Source: an uncultured Acidobacteriota bacterium
GTDB lineage: Bacteria; Acidobacteriota; Thermoanaerobaculia; Gp7-AA8
Reading direction: 5' to 3'
Assembly: GCA_963822445.1 (NCBI GenBank)
Contig: CAWGHO010000002.1
Coordinates: 192,001 to 256,000 of the forward strand
DNA: 64,000 bases
Shown: in pieces, positions 58,256-64,000 of the stretch
Numbering within the stretch: the first letter of the stretch is position 1
Layout of the letters: each line of letters opens with the position of its first letter
The notes under the pieces: model-generated
Databases searched by the model: none
What the model saw: only the letters and a program-made list of their open reading frames with translations
Told to the model about the DNA's origin: nothing
Made by a program: the position numbers and the translations under genes

Positions 58256-58765
58256 CTACGTCACGATCCACAACGCCTGCTGCCGCGCGGACGCTTGCTT
58301 CGCCGACAACATCAACTGGATGTAGGTCTGCACGTCGAGGTCGGCGTTGGGATCGTCCTGCTCGAGGTAGTGCGCGTTGAGCTGCATCAGCTCCACGTCG
58401 TCGATCGGCAGCGACGCCGCGGTCGCGAACCGCCGCAGTTCGTCGATGAGCTGTTCCAGGCTTCCCACCTGCAGCGGGTCGGCGGCGTTCGCGATCGCAA
58501 TGTGCTCGACGTGCGGAACGGCCGCGGGGATGTACACGGCCTGGTACGCGTCCACGGTGGTCAACTGCGGCGCGACGTCGAGTGTGCGCAACACGCGCTG
58601 CTGCAGCAGACGCCAGCCGCTCGCATCGAGCGGATCGGACTCGTAGCGCTCGTCCGCGTCCGCGGACACTTCCGGGAAACGCGCGCGCAGTTCCTCATCG
58701 ACGGCCTGCGCCAGGCCCTGCGGAAACACGTCCGCCGCCGATCCAACGATGAATGTGAGTGACAC
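58256..58765 (-). CDS. Hypothetical protein
   Basis: 169-aa acidic ORF, GTG start, co-oriented with neighbours. Confidence 0.7.
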   Translation of the reverse strand: MSLTFIVGSAADVFPQGLAQAVDEELRARFPEVSADADERYESDPLDASGWRLLQQRVLRTLDVAPQLTTVDAYQAVYIPAAVPHVEHIAIANAADPLQVGSLEQLIDELRRFATAASLPIDDVELMQLNAHYLEQDDPNADLDVQTYIQLMLSAKQASARQQALWIVT

Positions 58766-58778
58766 CCGGGCGGAGATT

Positions 58779-60191
58779 CTAGCGCGTGTACATGTCGATT
58801 ACCCGCTGAATGGCCCGATTGCACACGTCGCAGAACCCGACCTCGTCCCGCGTGAACATGATGCAGTCGACCTCCGGCCGGTACAGACCCGTGTACTCGT
58901 AGCTCGCCCCCTCGAACGCGCCGACATGGCCGAAGTACTTCTGCGAGGCCAGAAACTTCGTCGACCACTCCAGCTCTTTGTGGAAGAACGCGTCCATCTG
59001 CGATTCAGGGACGTTCGCCGCCCGCAGCTTCGCGCGCTCCTTCTGGTACTCGCGCGCGTGCTCGTCGTAGGTCTTCTTGTCCCACGGCGTCGGCAGCGGC
59101 GTGCCGGGTGTGACCATCTCCATCCACTTCGGACGCTCGCCGTTGGCGGTGATGTTCGGCTCCCACGGCTCGGGATGATGGGCGGCGCCGGTCTCGTATG
59201 CGACGGGCGAGGTGTAGTACTCATCGCCGAGGCCGGCGAAGTGGTGGCCGAATTCATGGACGAAGACGTATTCGGCGAATCCCGTGTCGACGGCGGTCGT
59301 GGCCTGGTCGCCGTAGATCCCGCCGCCGCCGTACTGCGCTTCGTTCACGAGGATCTCGATGAAGTCGTAGGGCGCTGAGGCCGCGGCGTTGCGCAGCGCG
59401 CGGTTGTCGAGCGTGAGGATGTACCGCTCGGAATCGAAGATGTTGTACTGCACGCCGGTGACGGTGCGGCGGTTGTCGCCGGTGCGCGGACGATGCACGC
59501 CGCTCTTTCCCACCGCCGGCAACTCGAGGACGCGCACGTTGAAATCCGACTTGCGCGATTTGAACGGCTCGGTCGCGAACAGCTTTCCGGCCAATCGCTC
59601 CACATCCTTCTTCAGCTTCGGCATCTGCACCGGCGAATACCCCTCGGCGATGAGCAGCAGATCCACCTTCTGCGATGCCGGACCGCTTTCGAGATACGAC
59701 CAGACCTTGCCGGCCGGCGCGGCGTCGGCGGGATTCACGAAGCGCGAGGCCGGATCGATGATCGTCGACCACACCTGCTGGAAGGCCTGATTCGTGTCGC
59801 GCTTCTTGAGCACTACCTGCACGGGCTTCTTCGGCCAGGGGAAGCGCAGCGATTCGTGGAACGTCGCGGCGCGCTCTTTCGCTTCGCCCGTGGTCTCGAA
59901 CTCCCCGTACACCGACGCGAAGCCGCGCGAGTAGATGACCTGGTTCGTGTCGCGATCGACGACTTCGAAGTAGTACTTGCCGAGGTTCGAGGTGTCGATG
60001 AGACGGGTGCGGCTGCCGGGCCAGGGGCCGTCGGAGACCACGCTGTCGAGAGCCACGATCTCATCGCCCTTCGGCGTGGAGGTGTGGAAGTAGTCGACGC
60101 GCATGGTCTTGTCGAGGAACTGCTCGTCGAAAGGTGCGGCCGTCGCGGCCAGGGCCAGAAACGTTAGGAGAAGCGTGACGAAAGTGCGCAT
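58779..60191 (-). CDS. Peptidase M64 (IgA peptidase) family
   Basis: Signal peptide, TMRVDY, YGGGGIY, HEFGHHFAGLGDEY, CIM...FCDVC. Confidence 0.93.
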   Translation of the reverse strand: MRTFVTLLLTFLALAATAAPFDEQFLDKTMRVDYFHTSTPKGDEIVALDSVVSDGPWPGSRTRLIDTSNLGKYYFEVVDRDTNQVIYSRGFASVYGEFETTGEAKERAATFHESLRFPWPKKPVQVVLKKRDTNQAFQQVWSTIIDPASRFVNPADAAPAGKVWSYLESGPASQKVDLLLIAEGYSPVQMPKLKKDVERLAGKLFATEPFKSRKSDFNVRVLELPAVGKSGVHRPRTGDNRRTVTGVQYNIFDSERYILTLDNRALRNAAASAPYDFIEILVNEAQYGGGGIYGDQATTAVDTGFAEYVFVHEFGHHFAGLGDEYYTSPVAYETGAAHHPEPWEPNITANGERPKWMEMVTPGTPLPTPWDKKTYDEHAREYQKERAKLRAANVPESQMDAFFHKELEWSTKFLASQKYFGHVGAFEGASYEYTGLYRPEVDCIMFTRDEVGFCDVCNRAIQRVIDMYTR

Positions 60192-60217
60192 GGAGGCGGA
60201 TGTTATCGTGCCTCGAT

Positions 60218-61243
60218 ATGCGTCGTCTCGTGGCGCTGTTCCTCGTCCTCGCGGTTCCGATCTCCGCGCAACTCCGCGAGACGATGACCGTCGCCCGCAT
60301 CCTTCTGGACGTGCGGGTCACCGACATCGACGGCGAAGCGATGATCGGCCTCGAGGCGCAGGACTTCGAAGTGCGCATCGACGGGCAGAAGGCGGAGGTG
60401 CTTTCCGCGACGTGGATCGACGACACAGTCGCCTACTCCGCGGAACCACCGGACAACCCGGCAACCGGACAACCCGAGAACCGCCTCACGACGATCGCCC
60501 CCGCCGGCCGCCTCTTCATCTTCTTCATCCAGACCGATTTCAGCCGCGAGACCGAGCGCGTTCGCGGGCAGATGCACTTCCTGCTGTACGCGGAGAAGAC
60601 GCTGGAGATGCTCGAGCCCGAGGACCGCGTGGCGGTGTTCTCGTTCGACTCGCATCTCAAGTTCCGCCTCGACTTCACCAGCGACAAGGAAAAGATCCTC
60701 GCGGCGATGAAGGAGTCGCTCTTCGTGAACATCCCCGGACCGCTGCCGGTCGTGCACTCGCCGTCGCTCGCATCGCGGCTCGATCGCGACGAGATGAAGC
60801 GCGCCGCGGATTCGGAGACGGCGCTGCTGCTGATCGGCAACGCTTTGCGGCCGATACCGGGCCCGAAGTCGCTGCTGCTCATGGGCTGGGGCCTCGGCGA
60901 ACTGACGGCCAGCGGCGTGCGCATGAAGCCGCGCTACAAGTTCGCGCGCAACGCACTCGAGGCCGCGCGGGTCACGATCTTTGCCCTCGACACGACCAAC
61001 GCGGACTATCACAGCCTCGAGGTAGGACTCGGAAAAGCGGCGGAAGACACGGGCGGCTTCTACGCGAAGACACATCTCTTCGCCGATCAGGCCATCACCC
61101 GATTGCGGCGAACGCTCGCGGGTCACTACGAGCTCGAATTGCGGCGACCCGATTCGCTGAAGACGGGAACGCATCGCGTGGAGGTGCGGGTGAAGATTCG
61201 CGGCGCGCACGTGCTTGCACCGGCCACCTGGATGGATCGTTGA
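60218..61243 (+). CDS. VWA-domain protein (acidobacterial VWFA type)
   Basis: Signal peptide, LDVRVTD..G..GL...DFEV, DRVAVFSFD, AEDTGG, Y.L, H.VEVRV. Confidence 0.82.
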   Translation: MRRLVALFLVLAVPISAQLRETMTVARILLDVRVTDIDGEAMIGLEAQDFEVRIDGQKAEVLSATWIDDTVAYSAEPPDNPATGQPENRLTTIAPAGRLFIFFIQTDFSRETERVRGQMHFLLYAEKTLEMLEPEDRVAVFSFDSHLKFRLDFTSDKEKILAAMKESLFVNIPGPLPVVHSPSLASRLDRDEMKRAADSETALLLIGNALRPIPGPKSLLLMGWGLGELTASGVRMKPRYKFARNALEAARVTIFALDTTNADYHSLEVGLGKAAEDTGGFYAKTHLFADQAITRLRRTLAGHYELELRRPDSLKTGTHRVEVRVKIRGAHVLAPATWMDR

Positions 61244-61271
61244 TTGCACAACTTTCGGTCAGGAGGTCGTG

Positions 61272-61538
61272 ATGGCAAGCAGATACGGGAAGAAGGCCGG
61301 GGAAAAAGTCGAGAAGGCGATGCACGAGCGCAAACGCGGCACGTTGAAGAGCGGGTCGGGTAAGAAGGTGACCTCGAAGAAGCAAGCCATCGCCATCGGT
61401 CTGTCGGAAGCGCGCGAAGCGGGCGGCAAGGTTCCGTCGAAGAAGTCCTCGTCGAAGAAATCGTCCGCGAAAAAGTCGTCTTCGAAGAAGTCTTCCTCGA
61501 AGAAGAGCAGCTCGCGCAAGTCGTCGAAGAAGAAGTAG
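61272..61538 (+). CDS. DUF6496-type small basic protein with SSKK tail
   Basis: KVEKAMHE.KRGTLKSG...KQAIAIGLSEAR; AGGAGG at 61261. Confidence 0.82.
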   Translation: MASRYGKKAGEKVEKAMHERKRGTLKSGSGKKVTSKKQAIAIGLSEAREAGGKVPSKKSSSKKSSAKKSSSKKSSSKKSSSRKSSKKK

Positions 61539-61542
61539 CGGG

Positions 61543-62490
61543 CTACTCCAGATCGATGCCCCGCCCATGCTCGACGGCGAGCACCGGCGGGTTGCCCTTC
61601 TCCGCCAGGGCCGCGCGCAGATCGTTCACCGGCTCGGCTTCTCCGTCATCGCCGAGCCGGAACGTTCCGTAGTGCATGGCGATGCTCGTACGCGCCCGCA
61701 CCGAGAAATGCGCGTCCACCGCTTCGGCCGGCGAGATGTGCGCGGACTTCATGAACCACCGCGGGAGATACGCGCCGATGGGCAGCAGGGCCACGCGAAT
61801 CTCGCCGAAGCGCTCGCCGATCTCCGCGAAGTGCTTGCCCCATCCCGTGTCCCCCGCGAAATACACGTGACCCGATGGACCGCTGATCACGAATCCACCC
61901 CACAGCGTTGCGTTGCGATCGTGAAGTCCTCGCGCGCAGAAGTGCTGCGCCGGAACCTGCGTGACTTTCACCCGATCGGTGATCGCGGCTTCCTGCCACC
62001 AGTCGAGATCGCGCGCGTTGTCGATCCCGTGACGCGCCATGATCGAGGAGTTGCCGAGCGGTGTGAGGATCCGCGGCGCGCGCAACCGCTTCAGCGTCGG
62101 GAGATCGAGATGGTCGTAGTGGTTGTGGCTGACCAGGACCGCGTCGATGGGCGACAGCTCTTCGAACCGGATCCCCGGCACCCGATGGCGTTTCGGTCCG
62201 GCGAAGGAGACCGGCGAACAGCGCTCGCTCCAGATCGGATCGGTGAGCAGATTCACGCCGTCCATCTGCACGAGCATCGTGGCGTGGTTCACCCAGGTCA
62301 CGCGAACGCGCCCGTCGTCGACCCTGGTCAGCGGCGCCGGCCCCGGCTCGGCGTCGATCCATTTCGGCCACGGCCCAGGCTTCTTGGTCATCTGCCACTT
62401 GAGGAACGACCCCTCGGTCTGCCAGCCGGACTGGTGGTTGTGAAACCGCCTGCCGTCGAAGTGATCCGAGACCGGGCCGCGATAGGGCAT
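61543..62490 (-). CDS. MBL-fold hydrolase (NAPE-PLD/RomA-like)
   Basis: SDHFDGRRF, LTDPIWS, SHNHYDHLD, PAQH, FAGDTG, LPIGAY, MHYGTF. Confidence 0.92.
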   Translation of the reverse strand: MPYRGPVSDHFDGRRFHNHQSGWQTEGSFLKWQMTKKPGPWPKWIDAEPGPAPLTRVDDGRVRVTWVNHATMLVQMDGVNLLTDPIWSERCSPVSFAGPKRHRVPGIRFEELSPIDAVLVSHNHYDHLDLPTLKRLRAPRILTPLGNSSIMARHGIDNARDLDWWQEAAITDRVKVTQVPAQHFCARGLHDRNATLWGGFVISGPSGHVYFAGDTGWGKHFAEIGERFGEIRVALLPIGAYLPRWFMKSAHISPAEAVDAHFSVRARTSIAMHYGTFRLGDDGEAEPVNDLRAALAEKGNPPVLAVEHGRGIDLE

Positions 62491-62508
62491 GGGCCGCCGA
62501 TTCTGCCA

Positions 62509-62537
62509 TTGACGCCCGCACCCCGCTTCGCTATGTT
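62509..62537 (+). promoter_or_regulatory. Sigma70-type promoter upstream of tRNA-Val
   Basis: TTGACG-17 nt-TATGTT. Confidence 0.7.
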
Positions 62538-62595
62538 GACCGCCCCTCGGCGGAAATAGAGGCCGAGGACGGCTCGTTGACAGAAGTTCTGATGT

Positions 62596-62671
62596 AGCCG
62601 CTTAGCTCAGTTGGTAGAGCATCACCTTCACACGGTGGGGGTCAACGGTTCGAGTCCGTTAGCGGCTACCA
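62596..62671 (+). tRNA. tRNA-Val (anticodon CAC)
   Basis: Acceptor AGCCGCT/AGCGGCT, D arm GCTC/GAGC, anticodon loop TT-CAC-AC, T arm AACGG-TTCGAGT-CCGTT, encoded CCA; 76 nt. Confidence 0.96.
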
Positions 62672-62685
62672 AAACGAACATCCCT

Positions 62686-62717
62686 GAACGCCGCCCGCGA
62701 GGGCGGCGTTCGTTTTT
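62686..62717 (+). terminator. Intrinsic terminator after the tRNA
   Basis: gaacgccgccc-gcga-gggcggcgttc followed by gttttt. Confidence 0.85.
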
Positions 62718-62827
62718 CCGAGCATCCTTTTCGTAAAGATGTCGCGGTCCATCCAACCCACATCAACGAATCCGCTACGCGATGTGGAGCGGCACGGTTC
62801 TGATATCTTGACAGCAGGGGGCTACGC

Positions 62828-63976
62828 GTGGCGCCGCGGATCGAAGCGATCATTAATTCCGAGCTTCTGGTGTGGGCGAGGGACTCAGCGAGTCTTTCGG
62901 TGGAGGCCGCCGCCAAGAAGGCGCACGTGAAGCCCGAGTTGCTTGCGGAGTGGGAGAGCGGCGCGGCGCGGCCGACGATCAGTCAACTTCGACTCCTTGC
63001 AGAGGCCTACAAGCGACCGCTCGCCGTTTTCTACCTTCCGAAGCCTCCAAAGTCGTTTGATGCACTGCGCGATTTCCGGAGAATGAGCGGGACCACAGCG
63101 AAAGGTTCACCGGCGCTGGCGTACGAAATTCGGCGAGCGCATGAGCGTCGGGAAATCGCCCTCGACCTCTTCGACGAGTTGGGCGAAAGCGCTTCGGCTG
63201 CCAAACTTGCTGCTCGAATAACTGATGCGCCGGAGAAGGTCGCCACCGAGCTTCGCGCGATGCTAGAAGTAACGCTCGAGCGGCAGAGGCAATGGAACAG
63301 CGAATACACCGCATTCGGGTACTGGCGCGATGCGATCGAGGACAGCGGAATCCTGGTATTTCAAACGTCGGGAGTTCTCGTGAGCGAGGCGCGGGGGTTC
63401 TCCATCTCGGTCCAACCACTGCCCGTCATCGCGATGAACGGCAAGGATTCGTATGCTGGACGCATCTTCACGATGATGCACGAGCTGGCGCATCTTGCTC
63501 TACGCCAAGGCGGCATCTGCGATCTCGACGAGCATGGGTTGGAAGTCTTCTGCAACGCCGTTGCGGGGGCGTTGCTCGTTCCCGGCGAGGCACTCCTTGC
63601 TGATTCAGAGATCAGAAACGCGCAAAGACCCAGTACCTGGTCAGAAGAGACAATCCAGCGGTTGTCAAAACAGTTTCGTGTCAGCCGGGAGGTCATCGTT
63701 CGGCGTCTTCTCACGATTGGAAAGACGACGTCATCGTTCTACGAGCTGAAGAGACGCGAATATGCCGCAGAGCTCGCGAGACGACCACCAACCAAGGGAG
63801 GACCACCACCACCCGCACTAGCGGTAGCACGCGCAGGTAAGTTGTTTACGGGTGTCGTCGTGCGCTCTTACAGTGAAGGTCGCATCACCTCGGCCGACGC
63901 GTCCGATTTCCTCAGCCTGAAACTGCGACACCTGCCTGAAGTGATGAAGGCGCTCCGGGTAGGACTCACTGCTTGA
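62828..63976 (+). CDS. XRE-family HTH fused to an ImmA/IrrE metallopeptidase
   Basis: LLVWARDSASLS..AA...EWESG..PT..QL HTH; RGFS; FTMMHELAH (HExxH); EVFCNAVAGALL; FRVSREVI. Confidence 0.92.
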   Translation: MAPRIEAIINSELLVWARDSASLSVEAAAKKAHVKPELLAEWESGAARPTISQLRLLAEAYKRPLAVFYLPKPPKSFDALRDFRRMSGTTAKGSPALAYEIRRAHERREIALDLFDELGESASAAKLAARITDAPEKVATELRAMLEVTLERQRQWNSEYTAFGYWRDAIEDSGILVFQTSGVLVSEARGFSISVQPLPVIAMNGKDSYAGRIFTMMHELAHLALRQGGICDLDEHGLEVFCNAVAGALLVPGEALLADSEIRNAQRPSTWSEETIQRLSKQFRVSREVIVRRLLTIGKTTSSFYELKRREYAAELARRPPTKGGPPPPALAVARAGKLFTGVVVRSYSEGRITSADASDFLSLKLRHLPEVMKALRVGLTA

Positions 63977-64000
63977 AGTACAGCTTGGATACCAGCGGTA
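63973..64000 (+). CDS. Start of a probable PIN-domain protein (DUF4411-like), truncated by window end
   Basis: TTG overlaps the upstream TGA and reads MKYSLDTSG; Y-x-L-D-T is a typical PIN N-terminus and this family commonly follows XRE-IrrE genes. Only 9 codons are visible. Confidence 0.55.

Noticed and set aside
61430-61538. SSKK-encoding repeats as a DNA repeat element
   Set aside because: Synonymous variation between units shows a protein-level low-complexity tail.
62672-62830. Integrase or att duplication at tRNA-Val
   Set aside because: No integrase ORF and no second copy of the tRNA 3' end found in this window, so no mobile element is called.

Overview
GC-rich bacterial chromosome segment, mostly housekeeping. 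Gene style (VWA, FG-GAP and DUF11/beta-helix secreted proteins, folP-cdaA-cdaR-glmM, TMTC-like GT-C) suggests Acidobacteriota, probably Thermoanaerobaculia; this is an inference. Recognisable content: start of the dcw cluster (mraZ-rsmH-ftsL, with MraZ boxes), carB, a RelE/ParE toxin-antitoxin pair, murA-folP-cdaA-cdaR-glmM, purS/purQ, acs, tmk-holB, amidase-GerMN, queA, a NamZ-like muramidase, a large membrane patatin, an NtrY-like kinase, peptidase M64, and tRNA-Val(CAC) followed by an XRE-ImmA/IrrE gene and the start of a probable PIN (DUF4411-like) gene. The most interesting signals are non-coding. (1) An orphan ~200-nt minus-strand transcription unit at 25986-26191 has its own TATAAT, a Rex/CRP-type operator, an 11-bp closing helix and an intrinsic terminator; it is a candidate regulated sRNA or 36-aa peptide gene. 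(2) A REP-like palindrome occurs once between genes and once in-frame inside a histidine kinase. (3) Inverted tandem heptamer/octamer arrays sit at many gene junctions. (4) TANNNT boxes lie 6-9 nt before many SD-less start codons, suggesting widespread leaderless transcription. Frameshifts in rsmH and in an amidohydrolase gene look like long-read sequencing errors. No CRISPR array, integrase or transposase was seen.
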